Source: Patescibacteria group bacterium (GTDB lineage: Bacteria > Patescibacteriota > Patescibacteriia > JBDRGY01). Taken from it: a DNA stretch of 64,000 nucleotides. The stretch spans positions 9,732-73,731 of the forward strand of contig JBDRGY010000001.1 in NCBI GenBank assembly GCA_043817315.1. The letters run 5' to 3'. This document shows, piece by piece, positions 10,079 to 19,911 of this stretch. The notes beneath the pieces were generated by a model that was given only the letters and a program-made list of their open reading frames with translations, did not search any database and was not told the DNA's origin. Each line of letters opens with the position of its first letter. Positions within the stretch are counted from its first letter, which is position 1. A program made the translations under genes and the position numbers.

Positions 10079-10609
10079 ATGAGTTTACTAGATAAATTCA
10101 AAAAAAAACCGGCAGGAAAGAAAAAAGCTGATTTGGCGTACAAGAAAAAAGAATCCGACAAGAGACGCAAAGAAAAAGAAAAGCAGGAGAAGAAAAAACA
10201 GTTTCAAGCCGTACCGGCTGCCGGAAAAGTTGCTCCCAAGAAAGAAAAAACAGTTACTGATGTATCTGGCAAGAAAGAAAAGGTAACAGCTGCAAAGAAA
10301 GTGACCAAAGAAGACACTGGAGACGCCTACAAAATCCTTATCAGACCGATTATTACCGAAAAAATCACAGGTTTGTCAGTTTACAATCAGTACGGCTTTG
10401 TAGTGCCGACCTCTACCAATAAAATTGAAGTTAAAAAGGCAATCGAACAAGTTTATGGAGTTAAGCCGACTAAAGTTCGCATGATCAGTGTCAAGGGCAA
10501 GTCAGTAAGAACGGGAAAAGTGACCGGGCGAACCAACAATTGGAAAAAAGCAATTATTACGTTAAAACAAGGTGATAAAATCGAAGTTTACGAGACAGTA
10601 AAGAGTTAA
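10079..10609 (+). CDS. rplW: 50S ribosomal protein L23 with ~80 aa lysine-rich N-terminal extension
   Basis: C-terminal 95 aa match L23 ([12 protein letters not shown]...). N-terminus is K/E-rich. Confidence 0.85.
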   Translation: MSLLDKFKKKPAGKKKADLAYKKKESDKRRKEKEKQEKKKQFQAVPAAGKVAPKKEKTVTDVSGKKEKVTAAKKVTKEDTGDAYKILIRPIITEKITGLSVYNQYGFVVPTSTNKIEVKKAIEQVYGVKPTKVRMISVKGKSVRTGKVTGRTNNWKKAIITLKQGDKIEVYETVKS

Positions 10610-10613
10610 AAAT

Positions 10614-11459
10614 ATGGCAGTTAAGATTTACAAACCAACAACTCCAGCTCGCCGCAAGACATCAGTGGTTGATTATTCACATTTGGATAAAACGAAGCCT
10701 CTAAAAAAACTGACTGTCCGCCTAAAACGAAATGCGGGACGCAACGTTCAGGGTAAGATAACCATAAGACATCGAGGCGGCGGAGCTAAAAAAATATATC
10801 GCCAGGTTGATTTTAAAAGGGAAAAATATGATCAACCAGCCAAAGTTTTGACCTTAGAATATGATCCCAACAGAACGGCTTTTATTTCTCTGGTGGAGTA
10901 CAAAGATGGAGAAAGAAGATACGTAATTGCCCCGGACGGTTTGAAAAAAGGAGACGTTATTATTTCATCAAAAAACAAAACTGAGATTAAAATGGGTAAT
11001 CGAATGCCCCTAAAGCATGTACCGCCAGGATTAAACGTTTACAATATAGAGCTGACACCAGGCCGGGGGGGTGCCATAGTTCGTTCAGCGGGAACGGCTG
11101 CCATACTTCAAAGTTTTGATGAAAATTTAGCCTTACTGAAGCTACCCTCGACTGAAATCAGAAAAGTTTCCCAAGAATCGGCTGCTACCCTTGGTCAAGT
11201 ATCCAATATTGACAAGAAGAACGTCCGTATCGGAAAAGCCGGTCGAATGCGCCATATGGGAGTGAGACCGACAGTACGTGGTAAGGCGATGAATCCGGTT
11301 GATCACCCTCATGGTGGTGGAGAGGGGTCACAGCCCATTGGCCTGAAGCACCCCAAAACACCCTGGGGTAAACCGGCCCTTGGCCGAAGGACCAGAAGGA
11401 AAGGAAAGATGTCATCTAAACTAATTGTCAAAAGAAGAGCTAAAAGAAGAAGAAAGTAA
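10614..11459 (+). CDS. rplB: 50S ribosomal protein L2
   Basis: GRNxxG...[25 protein letters not shown]. Confidence 0.95.
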   Translation: MAVKIYKPTTPARRKTSVVDYSHLDKTKPLKKLTVRLKRNAGRNVQGKITIRHRGGGAKKIYRQVDFKREKYDQPAKVLTLEYDPNRTAFISLVEYKDGERRYVIAPDGLKKGDVIISSKNKTEIKMGNRMPLKHVPPGLNVYNIELTPGRGGAIVRSAGTAAILQSFDENLALLKLPSTEIRKVSQESAATLGQVSNIDKKNVRIGKAGRMRHMGVRPTVRGKAMNPVDHPHGGGEGSQPIGLKHPKTPWGKPALGRRTRRKGKMSSKLIVKRRAKRRRK

Positions 11460-11480
11460 GATTACTAATAATAAAATAGT

Positions 11481-11831
11481 ATGTCTAGAAGTTTAAAAAA
11501 AGGACCATTTGTTGACCCGAAACTGTTGCTGAAGATTTCCAAGCTGCGGGCTGGTGATAACACCGTGATTAAAACCTGGTCAAGAGCTTCTACCATTACC
11601 CCCGAAATGGTCGGTTTTACCTTTGGTGTTCACAATGGCAAGGATCACATCCCGGTTTCTGTGGTTGAGAATATGGTTGGCCACAAACTGGGAGAATTTG
11701 CAGCGACGCGCAAATTTGTTACCCATGGTGGACGCATGGCTAAAGAAGAGGCTCAGGCAGAAGCTGATGCCAAAAAGCAAGAATTGGCCAAGGCCAAAGA
11801 AGAGATAGATGGAAAGGCTAAGGAAGAATAA
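11481..11831 (+). CDS. rpsS: 30S ribosomal protein S19 (C-terminal K/E/A-rich extension)
   Basis: [12 protein letters not shown]...[17 protein letters not shown]. Confidence 0.9.
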   Translation: MSRSLKKGPFVDPKLLLKISKLRAGDNTVIKTWSRASTITPEMVGFTFGVHNGKDHIPVSVVENMVGHKLGEFAATRKFVTHGGRMAKEEAQAEADAKKQELAKAKEEIDGKAKEE

Positions 11832-11838
11832 ATAAACT

Positions 11839-12366
11839 ATGGAATTTACGGCAAAACTTAGACATTTGAGAGTTTCCCCTAAAAAGATCAGGTTGGTGAT
11901 TGATCCAATTCGAGGTCTTGATGTTATTGCCGCCCGCAATAAACTCAATTTCTTCGAGAAAAGAGCAGCCCAACCGGTCTTAAAACTTCTGGAGTCAGCT
12001 ATTGCCAATGCCAAAAATAATTTTCCGCACCTAGGGATCAAAGTGGAGGAAAATAATCTATATATCAAAGAAGTTGTGGCTAATGAAGGACCTACCCTAA
12101 AAAGATGGAGACCACGTGCCTTTGGTCGTGCCACTCCTATCCTAAAAAGATCAACACACATCAATTTGATATTGGCCGAAAGAAAACCCAGTCAAATCAA
12201 GAAAACTAAGGCCAAGAAACCGGAACTGGAGCCGATAAAAACCGTGGACGAGATAAAAGAGGGGCAGGATTTGACAAAGAAGGTGAAGCCTGTGAAGGAC
12301 CAAGAAAAGCCCAGAACTCGCTTCAGTAAATTAACCAATTTTATTAGAAAGACGGGATCCAAATAA
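11839..12366 (+). CDS. rplV: 50S ribosomal protein L22 (C-terminal extension)
   Basis: Position and sequence (LRHLRVSPKKIRLVIDPIRG). Confidence 0.9.
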   Translation: MEFTAKLRHLRVSPKKIRLVIDPIRGLDVIAARNKLNFFEKRAAQPVLKLLESAIANAKNNFPHLGIKVEENNLYIKEVVANEGPTLKRWRPRAFGRATPILKRSTHINLILAERKPSQIKKTKAKKPELEPIKTVDEIKEGQDLTKKVKPVKDQEKPRTRFSKLTNFIRKTGSK

Positions 12367-12367
12367 T

Positions 12368-13042
12368 ATGGGACGTAAAGTAAATCCAAGAATTTTCCGA
12401 ATCGATGGAACCTACCAGTGTCACTCTCGTTGGTTTTCCCAAAAGCAATACAGTCAATTTTTGGAAGAAGATGTCACAATTCGTAAGCATATTCAAAAAA
12501 AACTGAGAAATGGCGGAGTAGCCAGAGTGGATATTGAAAGAGGCAGGGAGAGTATCAAGATAATGATTCACACCAGCAAACCGGGCGTTATCATCGGTCG
12601 AGGCGGCGGCGGCATTGAAGAGCTGAAGACTACGATTAAGAAAATCTTTTTTGCCAACCGCAAAATCTCCATCAATATTGTCATCCAGGAAGTATCGAAA
12701 CCGGAATTATCGGCTGAGCTGGTAAAACAGAATATCATTGACCAATTAGAAAAAAGAATTCCTTTTCGTCGGGCCATAAAAAGGACTATGGCCACGGTAA
12801 CTTCCTCAGGGGCCAAGGGGGTCAAAGTTGTAGTTTCTGGTCGTTTGAATGGAGCATCCATTGCCCGGTCCGAGCTTTTCGTTGAAGGATCGATTCCCCT
12901 GCAGACCCTCCGAGCTGATATTGATTATTCACGTGGAGCGGCCAATACTACCTACGGTTCTGTGGGCGTCAAAGTCTGGATTTATAAAGGAGAAGTATTT
13001 AAAAAGGATAAAAAAGACAGTAACCAGAAGGATAAAATATAA
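12368..13042 (+). CDS. rpsC: 30S ribosomal protein S3
   Basis: KH-domain motif [11 protein letters not shown], 224 aa. Confidence 0.9.
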   Translation: MGRKVNPRIFRIDGTYQCHSRWFSQKQYSQFLEEDVTIRKHIQKKLRNGGVARVDIERGRESIKIMIHTSKPGVIIGRGGGGIEELKTTIKKIFFANRKISINIVIQEVSKPELSAELVKQNIIDQLEKRIPFRRAIKRTMATVTSSGAKGVKVVVSGRLNGASIARSELFVEGSIPLQTLRADIDYSRGAANTTYGSVGVKVWIYKGEVFKKDKKDSNQKDKI

Positions 13043-13044
13043 TT

Positions 13045-13458
13045 ATGTTAATGCCGCGAAAAGTAAAGTATAGGAAGTCATTCAGGGCCAAGGTAAAAGG
13101 AAAAGCCACTTCTGGTAATTATTTAAGTTTCGGCTCCTTTGGATTGAAAGCTGTGAACGGCGGTTGGGTAACCGCCAGGCAGATCGAAGCAGCCAGAAGA
13201 GCCATGACCAGGTTTATCAAAAGAGGCGGTAAATCTTGGATCCGTATCTTCCCTGATCGGGCTGTTAGCTCTAAGGGGGGAGAAGCCCGTATGGGCGGCG
13301 GCAAAGGAGCAGTGGATCACTATGTAGCCGTGGTTAAACCAGGTGCCATTATTTTTGAGATGGAAGGTGTAGAATTTGACCAGGCCAAGGAAGCATTTAA
13401 ATTAGCCTCTCACAAGTTACCAATCAAGGCCAGATTTATTAGCCGGGGAGAAGAATAA
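13045..13458 (+). CDS. rplP: 50S ribosomal protein L16
   Basis: [14 protein letters not shown].... Confidence 0.9.
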   Translation: MLMPRKVKYRKSFRAKVKGKATSGNYLSFGSFGLKAVNGGWVTARQIEAARRAMTRFIKRGGKSWIRIFPDRAVSSKGGEARMGGGKGAVDHYVAVVKPGAIIFEMEGVEFDQAKEAFKLASHKLPIKARFISRGEE

Positions 13459-13459
13459 T

Positions 13460-13669
13460 ATGAAGATGAAAGAAATCAGAGAAAAAAATGACCCCGAATT
13501 GAAAAGGTTGTTACAGAGCCAAAAAGAAAAATTACGTTCCCTGCGCTTTAAGGTTTCCCAAAAACAATTGAAAGACGTCAGACAGCTAAGGGAAGTTAAA
13601 AGAGATATGGCTAGATTGAATACGGAAACCAAGAGGCGGCAGCAACAACCAAAGAAGAAACCTAAATAA
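13460..13669 (+). CDS. rpmC: 50S ribosomal protein L29
   Basis: Position between L16 and S17, 69 aa, and IRE...ELKRL.... Confidence 0.8.
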   Translation: MKMKEIREKNDPELKRLLQSQKEKLRSLRFKVSQKQLKDVRQLREVKRDMARLNTETKRRQQQPKKKPK

Positions 13670-13680
13670 TCAATATAATT

Positions 13681-13929
13681 ATGGAAAAACAAATCAAGCA
13701 GAGAAAATTAAAAGGGATAGTAGTTTCTGATAAACCAGATAAAACTATTGTAGTTAAAGTCGATCGAGCAGTCATCCATCCTAAATACCGTAAGCGTTAC
13801 ACCGTTAGCAAAAAATATAAAGCGCACGATGCCAAAAATGAGGCCCAAGAGGGACAATTGGTGGAATTGACTGAATGTCGTCCCATGTCAAAAGATAAGC
13901 GATGGAAATTAACCACTATTATTAAGTAA
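13681..13929 (+). CDS. rpsQ: 30S ribosomal protein S17
   Basis: [19 protein letters not shown]...HPKYRK. Confidence 0.85.
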   Translation: MEKQIKQRKLKGIVVSDKPDKTIVVKVDRAVIHPKYRKRYTVSKKYKAHDAKNEAQEGQLVELTECRPMSKDKRWKLTTIIK

Positions 13930-13931
13930 TT

Positions 13932-14303
13932 ATGATTCAGGTCGGTACCAGTTTAAAAGTAGCAGACAATACAGGAGCCAAACGCATCCAATGTATCAAA
14001 GTTCTTGGTGGCCACAAAAAACGCTATGCCACAATCGGAGATATTATTACCATTTCAGTAAAAGAAGCGGTACCGCGAGCCATGGTAAAAAAAGGTGAAG
14101 TTTTGCAGGCAGTCATTGTTAGAACCAGAAAGGAAGTAGGACGTCCTGACGGTACCTATGTCCGTTTTGATGAAAACGCCGGAGTAATAGTCGATCCCAA
14201 GAACAAAGAACCGAAGGGAACCAGAATTTTTGGACCGATCGCACGTGAAATAAAAATTAAGGGATTCAATAAAATCGCCTCGCTGGCGCCTGAGGTTTTA
14301 TAG
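13932..14303 (+). CDS. rplN: 50S ribosomal protein L14
   Basis: [17 protein letters not shown].... Confidence 0.95.
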   Translation: MIQVGTSLKVADNTGAKRIQCIKVLGGHKKRYATIGDIITISVKEAVPRAMVKKGEVLQAVIVRTRKEVGRPDGTYVRFDENAGVIVDPKNKEPKGTRIFGPIAREIKIKGFNKIASLAPEVL

Positions 14304-14314
14304 GGAATAAATGT

Positions 14315-14623
14315 ATGAAGATAAAAAAAGGAGATACAGTAAAAATCGTTCTGGGTAAGGACAGAGGAAAGAAGGGAAAAGTGCTTCAGGTTCTTCCCAA
14401 GAGCAATAAATTGAGCATTGAAGGATTGAATCTGCAGATTAGGCACACTCGTCCCAAGAAAGAAGGGGAGAAAGGGCAGCGTATTCAAGTAGCTTCCCCC
14501 ACTGATATTTCCAATGTAATGCTGGTTTGCCCCAAATGCAATAAACCAACCAGGGTAGGATATAAAATCCTGGCCAATAAGAAGAAACTGCGACTTTGTC
14601 GCAAATGTAAACAAGAATTTTAA
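14315..14623 (+). CDS. rplX: 50S ribosomal protein L24
   Basis: MKIKKGDTVKIVLGKDRGKKGKVL, KOW motif. Confidence 0.85.
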   Translation: MKIKKGDTVKIVLGKDRGKKGKVLQVLPKSNKLSIEGLNLQIRHTRPKKEGEKGQRIQVASPTDISNVMLVCPKCNKPTRVGYKILANKKKLRLCRKCKQEF

Positions 14624-14626
14624 ACT

Positions 14627-15175
14627 ATGTCAGATCTAGCCAAAAAATATAAAGATAAGGTAGTGCCAAAAATCATGGAAGATTTTGAATTAAAAAATAT
14701 TCATACTGTACCCAGGCTGGACAAAGTAGTTGTTAACGTGGGCATGGGACAAGCACTAACTGACTCTAAGTTTTTAGACGTAGTCAAGGGCACCCTAAGT
14801 AGCATTACTGGCCAAAAGCCGATTTTTACCAAGGCCAAGAAATCAATATCAAATTTTAAAATTCGTAGTGGGATGGTAGTAGGAGCCAAAGTAACCTTGA
14901 GAGGCAAGAGGATGTATGACTTTGTCGATAAACTGGTAAATATTTCCTTGCCCAGGGTAAGAGATTTTAGAGGACTGTCCATATCCGGTTTTGACGGTAA
15001 GGGTAATTACACCCTTGGTATCAAAGAACATATGGTATTTCCTGAAATGAATCCTCATGAAGTGGATAAACTTCACGGCCTGGATATTTCTATAGTGACT
15101 ACCGCCACCAATGACAAATTGGGTGAAGCCCTGTTGCGATACCTCGGTTTCCCTCTGGAAGTAAAAAATAAATAA
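14627..15175 (+). CDS. rplE: 50S ribosomal protein L5
   Basis: Position and sequence. Confidence 0.9.
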   Translation: MSDLAKKYKDKVVPKIMEDFELKNIHTVPRLDKVVVNVGMGQALTDSKFLDVVKGTLSSITGQKPIFTKAKKSISNFKIRSGMVVGAKVTLRGKRMYDFVDKLVNISLPRVRDFRGLSISGFDGKGNYTLGIKEHMVFPEMNPHEVDKLHGLDISIVTTATNDKLGEALLRYLGFPLEVKNK

Positions 15176-15184
15176 TTTTCTATC

Positions 15185-15370
15185 ATGCCAAAAAAATCAC
15201 AGATTGCCAGAGCCAAGAAAAAGCCAAAATACTCGACTAGAGTGGTGCGACGTTGTTGGCGCTGCGGGCGTCGCCGAAGTTATATACGCCAATTCAACCT
15301 TTGCCGAATTTGTTTTAGAGAATTGGCCAACAAAGGTGAAATGCCAGGCATAAATAAATCAAGCTGGTAA
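15185..15370 (+). CDS. rpsZ: 30S ribosomal protein S14, zinc-binding type Z
   Basis: 61 aa with [22 protein letters not shown]. Confidence 0.85.
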   Translation: MPKKSQIARAKKKPKYSTRVVRRCWRCGRRRSYIRQFNLCRICFRELANKGEMPGINKSSW

Positions 15371-15400
15371 ATTACTAATCACTAATTACTATTTAGAAAA

Positions 15401-15811
15401 ATGACAGATCCGATAGCTGACATGTTAACAAGGATAAGAAACGCTTCTGCCGTCAATAAAGAAGAGGTGGTTATTCCCTTTTCCAAAATGAAATGGGAGA
15501 TTGCCCAAATATTGGAGAGAGAAGGATTTATTAAAGGGGCAGAAAAAACTAAGGAGGTTAACAGTTTTGGGAGTGAGTTTGACAACATCACGGTTGGTCT
15601 CCGTTATTCAGAAATTGACGGGCAGCCATTGGTAAGAAAAATAAAGCGAGTTTCTACTCCGGGTCGTAGAGTCTATAAAAAATACCAAGCGATGCCCCAT
15701 GTCTTGGGAGGACTGGGGATTGCCATAATCTCAACTTCTGCCGGTATCATGACTAATAAGGAAGCTAAGAAGAAAAAAGTTGGAGGAGAAATAATTTGCG
15801 AGGTGTATTAA
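15401..15811 (+). CDS. rpsH: 30S ribosomal protein S8
   Basis: MTDPIADMLTRIRNA.... Confidence 0.9.
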   Translation: MTDPIADMLTRIRNASAVNKEEVVIPFSKMKWEIAQILEREGFIKGAEKTKEVNSFGSEFDNITVGLRYSEIDGQPLVRKIKRVSTPGRRVYKKYQAMPHVLGGLGIAIISTSAGIMTNKEAKKKKVGGEIICEVY

Positions 15812-15823
15812 ATCTATATTATT

Positions 15824-16378
15824 ATGTCCAGGATTGGTAAACAACCTATAACTATCACAGAGGGGGTAACCGTAAAAATCGCCGAAGACAAAATGTCGGT
15901 CAAAGGCCCCAAGGGAGAGCTATCCTTGGATTTGCATCCCTTGGTGAAAATTGAGGCCAAAGACAAGCAGATAATTCTTTCCGTTAAAAAGCCTCAAGAT
16001 AAACAGAGCCGGTCTCTATGGGGGACCTACCGAGCGCTTATCGCTAACCAGATAGTGGGTGTCACTGAGGGATTTACCAAGAAGCTGGAAATAAACGGAG
16101 TTGGCTACCGGGTAGCTCTGGCCGGAAAAAAGATGACACTGGAAGTTGGCTTTTCTCATTCGGTAGAATACAAATTGCCAGAAGGGATAGAGGGTAAGGT
16201 AGAGAAAAATACCATTAGTATCTCTGGCATCGATAAGGCCTTGGTGGGCCAGGTGGCAGCCGAGATAAGAGCTATTAAAAAACCGGAACCCTATAAAGGT
16301 AAAGGGATAAAATACGATGATGAGGTAATAAGGAGAAAGGCCGGTAAAGTAGTTAAAACAGGGGCCGACGCAAAATAA
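15824..16378 (+). CDS. rplF: 50S ribosomal protein L6
   Basis: MSRIGKQPITI.... Confidence 0.9.
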   Translation: MSRIGKQPITITEGVTVKIAEDKMSVKGPKGELSLDLHPLVKIEAKDKQIILSVKKPQDKQSRSLWGTYRALIANQIVGVTEGFTKKLEINGVGYRVALAGKKMTLEVGFSHSVEYKLPEGIEGKVEKNTISISGIDKALVGQVAAEIRAIKKPEPYKGKGIKYDDEVIRRKAGKVVKTGADAK

Positions 16379-16414
16379 AACTTATTACTAATTTCCAATT
16401 ACTAAATACAAGAT

Positions 16415-16771
16415 ATGAAAAATAAGCAGAAAATAAAACAGGCCAAACTCCAGACCAGAAAGAAAAGAGTCAGGGCCAGGGTTATGGGCAGTGGTGATCG
16501 TCCACGCCTTAATGTTTATCGTTCCACCAAGCACCTTTTTGTTCAACTGATTAACGATGATAAAGGATTGACCGTAGTTTCTGCCCACGATCGTGAATTA
16601 AAAAAAGGCTTAGCCCAAATGGATAAAGCTAAGGAAATCGGTAAACTGATAGCTAAAAAGGCCTTAGTCAAAAGGATTGACCAAGTAGTATTCGACAGAG
16701 GTGGTCGACCTTTCCACGGTCGGATCAAAGCAGTAGCCGAAGGAGCCAGAGAAGGCGGTTTAAAATTTTAG
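16415..16771 (+). CDS. rplR: 50S ribosomal protein L18
   Basis: PRLNVYRSTKHLFVQLINDD.... Confidence 0.9.
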   Translation: MKNKQKIKQAKLQTRKKRVRARVMGSGDRPRLNVYRSTKHLFVQLINDDKGLTVVSAHDRELKKGLAQMDKAKEIGKLIAKKALVKRIDQVVFDRGGRPFHGRIKAVAEGAREGGLKF

Positions 16772-16784
16772 TAATAAATAGAAT

Positions 16785-17270
16785 ATGCGTAGAAAATTAC
16801 CAGAAGTAAAAGACCAAGAATTTGAGCAAAAAATTGTCGATTTAGCCCGGGTCACCAGAGTGATGGCCGGCGGCAAACGGATGCGTTTTCGAGCCTGTGT
16901 TGTCATCGGGAACGGTAAGGGTAAGGTAGCCTACGGTGTGGCCAAAGGTGCCGATGTTTCTATTTCCATCAATAAAGCCGTTACTCAGGCCAAAAAAGAC
17001 ATCAAGAAGGTTATGATAGTAGATGACACCATTCCTCACGAGGTCAATATAAAATTTAAGGCGGCTCGGCTGATGTTAAGACCAGCCCCGGCCGGTACCG
17101 GTGTAATTGCCGGGGGCGCGGTCCGGACCGTGATGGAATTGGCCGGAGTCAAGAATATCGTGACCAAGATGATTGGTTCCAAAAACAAGATCAACAACGT
17201 AAAGGCCACTTTCCTCGCTCTAGCCAGCCTGATTGGCAAGGAAAGACTTGAGGAAAGAAAGAAAAAATAG
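16785..17270 (+). CDS. rpsE: 30S ribosomal protein S5
   Basis: VTRVMAGGKRMRFRACVVIGNGKGKV.... Confidence 0.9.
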   Translation: MRRKLPEVKDQEFEQKIVDLARVTRVMAGGKRMRFRACVVIGNGKGKVAYGVAKGADVSISINKAVTQAKKDIKKVMIVDDTIPHEVNIKFKAARLMLRPAPAGTGVIAGGAVRTVMELAGVKNIVTKMIGSKNKINNVKATFLALASLIGKERLEERKKK

Positions 17271-17272
17271 TC

Positions 17273-17737
17273 ATGCCATTAAAACTACACAATTTAAAAA
17301 CCAACCGACACAAGACCCGCCAAAGACGAGGTCGTGGCAATGCTACAGGTTCCGGAAATTATTCAGGTCGGGGAATGAAAGGTCAGAAATCGCGTTCCGG
17401 CGGAAGGCACAAGGGTCGTCATGCAGGTAAGAAATTTCCCGCCTTCATCGCTCAAATTCCTAAAAAAAGAGGATTTAGAAGCATCCATCCCCAAAAGATT
17501 GTGGTAAATATTGAAGACATCAATAAAGAGTTTAAATCGGGTGAAACCGTAGACGTTAAAAAGTTGAAAGAAGCGGGATTGATTACCCAAACTCATCCTG
17601 GAGTTAAGATATTGGGCCGGGGCAAGATGTCCAAAAAACTTACGGTAACAGCTGATAGTTTTTCAAAATCAGCGTTTGATGCTATAAAGAAAGCAGGTGG
17701 AGAGCCGATAATAATTAAGAAGCCAAAGAAAAAATAA
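17273..17737 (+). CDS. rplO: 50S ribosomal protein L15 (directly follows S5; no L30 gene between)
   Basis: MPLKLHNLKTNRHKTRQRRGRG.... Confidence 0.85.
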   Translation: MPLKLHNLKTNRHKTRQRRGRGNATGSGNYSGRGMKGQKSRSGGRHKGRHAGKKFPAFIAQIPKKRGFRSIHPQKIVVNIEDINKEFKSGETVDVKKLKEAGLITQTHPGVKILGRGKMSKKLTVTADSFSKSAFDAIKKAGGEPIIIKKPKKK

Positions 17738-19017
17738 TGGGTTTAATGCAAAAAGTGTCACAGGTCTGGCGCGTCAAAGATATTCGAAAGCGTATACTTT
17801 TTGTATTGGGACTGTTGATAGTTTTTAGAATAGCTGCTCATATCCCGGTGCCCGGAGTTGATGTAGAAGCCTTGAAACAATTTTTTGACAGTAACCAGGT
17901 TTTAGGTTTATTGAATCTGTTTTCTGGTGGGGCCATGGCCAACTTTTCCATAGTGATGCTTGGTGTCGCTCCCTACATTACCGCTTCCATTATTTTCCAA
18001 CTGCTGACCATGATTATCCCCAAACTGGAAGAAATCCAAAGGGATGGAGAGGCAGGCCGAGCCAAGATCAATCAATGGCAGCGTTATCTGACTATTCCTT
18101 TAGCTGCTCTGCAGGCCTACAGCATGATAATCATTCTGTCCAAGCAGGGCCAGGGGATTATCAATATTGTTTCTCCGATACAGTGGTTGAGCACTATCAT
18201 TACAATTACCGCCGGTACTGTATTTCTGATGTGGTTAGGTGAGCTGATTACCGAAAAAAATATCGGCAACGGAATTTCCTTAATTATTTTCGCCGGTATC
18301 GTAGCCAGATATCCCACTCAGCTGCAACAGACCATGGCTACTTTTGACGCTACTCAGGTAATTACCTTAATAATCTTTGCCACCATTGCCATTCTGACTA
18401 TTGCCGGGGTGGTATTGGTTACCCAGGGACAGCGCAATATTCCCGTATCTTATGCCAAGAGAATTAGGGGCAATAGGATGTATGGCGGGGTCTCTACCCA
18501 TTTACCATTGAAAGTTAACCAAGCCGGCGTCATCCCAATTATTTTTGCCATTTCTATTATTTTGATTCCACCCATGGTGGCGCAATGGCTGGTAAATTCC
18601 AATATCACTTGGCTGGCATCTCTGGCCAACACGACAGTCAATCTTTTCAACAACCAAATATTCTATTCGGCTATCTATTTTACTTTTGTTGTCGCTTTTA
18701 CTTATTTTTACACTGCGGTTGTTTTCCACCCGGATCAGATCTCGGAGAATTTACAGAAACAAGGTGGTTTTGTACCCGGAATCAGACCAGGGCGCAATAC
18801 AGCCGAGTTTCTCAGCTACACCTCCTCACGCATTCTGCTTACCGGTGCCTTATTCTTGGGCATCATAGCTGTTCTGCCGTATATCATGCAGGCTACGACT
18901 AATATCACCACTTTTGCTATTGGCGGTACCAGTTTATTGATTGTAGTTTCCGTGGTTATCGAGACAGTCAAACAGGTAGAATCTCAACTGATCATGCGGG
19001 ATTACGAAGGATTTTAG
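17737..19017 (+). CDS. secY: preprotein translocase subunit SecY
   Basis: 426 aa multi-TM protein with typical SecY N-terminus (RILFVLGLLIVFRIAAHIPVPG). Confidence 0.95.
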   Translation: MGLMQKVSQVWRVKDIRKRILFVLGLLIVFRIAAHIPVPGVDVEALKQFFDSNQVLGLLNLFSGGAMANFSIVMLGVAPYITASIIFQLLTMIIPKLEEIQRDGEAGRAKINQWQRYLTIPLAALQAYSMIIILSKQGQGIINIVSPIQWLSTIITITAGTVFLMWLGELITEKNIGNGISLIIFAGIVARYPTQLQQTMATFDATQVITLIIFATIAILTIAGVVLVTQGQRNIPVSYAKRIRGNRMYGGVSTHLPLKVNQAGVIPIIFAISIILIPPMVAQWLVNSNITWLASLANTTVNLFNNQIFYSAIYFTFVVAFTYFYTAVVFHPDQISENLQKQGGFVPGIRPGRNTAEFLSYTSSRILLTGALFLGIIAVLPYIMQATTNITTFAIGGTSLLIVVSVVIETVKQVESQLIMRDYEGF

Positions 19018-19054
19018 TTTAGGAAGTAGGGATTAAAATAACAAATATTAAAAA

Positions 19055-19085
19055 ATGACCGGGGTGTTCCGGTCATTTTAAATTC
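19055..19085 (+). terminator. terminator after secY
   Basis: Hairpin aatgaccggggtgttccggtcatt followed by ttta. Confidence 0.5.
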
Positions 19086-19103
19086 TGCTGTGTTGTGGAA
19101 TTA

Positions 19104-19242
19104 AAGCCTCAGCTTGGTGCGCCAGAGACTAAAGTCTCTAATCCACATAGTTTTTACTAACACCAGAAACTGAAGTCTCCATTCCGCGGAGGTTGTGGGA
19201 TAGAAGCTTCAGCTTCTTTGCACCAGAGGCTAAAGTGTCTAC
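19104..19242. repeat. REP-like palindromic repeat cluster upstream of RAYT
   Basis: Two copies of a ~37-bp unit, each with the hairpin core cCAGAGRCTAAAGTSTCTA (19122-19140 and 19223-19242). Also one copy of the 27-bp repeat atccacatagtttttactaacaccaga (19141-19167). Confidence 0.6.
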
Positions 19243-19260
19243 CCCCGTAATATATTAAAA

Positions 19261-19758
19261 ATGAAAAATCCTTATCATAATCCACCTCATATATATTTAG
19301 ATGATACTGTATATTTTATTACAGCTAAAACAATTGGGAAAAATAATCATTTTAGTTCTAATAAGAAAAAAGAAATACTGAAAAATAGATTATCGCAAAC
19401 AGTGAAAGAATTGAAAATAATAATATATGCCTGGGTTATTCTTGATAACCACTATCACTTACTAATTAAAATAAAGAAAAAAAGCGACCTATCAAAGTTG
19501 ATGCAGCTATTCCATGGAAGAACGTCTTATATATTAAATAAAGTTGATGACAAAAAAGGCAGGCAAGTCTGGTTTAATTATTGGGACCATTGTATTAGAA
19601 ATGAAAAAGATTTTAATAATCATCTAAATTACATACATTTTAATCCGGTTAAACACGGCTTAGTTAGTAAACCAGGAGATTATAAATATTCGAGTTACGG
19701 CCAATATTTGAAGAAGGGTTATTATGAGCGGAAGAGACTAAAGCTCCAATCCACATAG
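19261..19758 (+). mobile_element. IS200/IS605-like HUH tyrosine transposase of the REP-associated (RAYT) type
   Basis: HuH motif NHYHLLIK and a catalytic-Tyr region YIHFNPVKHGLV...YKYSSY. The 3' end of the ORF is built from repeat sequence. Palindromic REP-like repeats flank it on both sides. Confidence 0.6.
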
Positions 19759-19840
19759 TTTTTACTAACACCAGAGGCTAAAATCTCTATTCCTGGGGCA
19801 AACGAGAGACTAAAGTCTCTATCCCGCAGGGGTTTTTGTG
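19731..19840. repeat. REP-like repeat cluster downstream of RAYT
   Basis: A degenerate core gaagagactaaagctccaat (19731-19750). A second copy of the 27-bp repeat (19748-19774). Cores ccagaggctaaaatctctat (19771-19790) and cgagagactaaagtctctat (19803-19822). Then cccgcaggggttttt. Confidence 0.6.
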
Positions 19841-19911
19841 CTATAATAATGGAGGCTTGACAGTATACTAATATTAAGATAAAGTATTAGACTAAATATT
19901 AAAGAAAAATC

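Noticed and set aside
11580-12164. 194-aa minus-strand ORF antisense to rpsS/rplV, and similar antisense ORFs in fusA, tuf, secY, dnaK, the P-type ATPase and the 1150-aa gene.
   Set aside because: They are antisense to highly conserved genes, have low-complexity products and no RBS.
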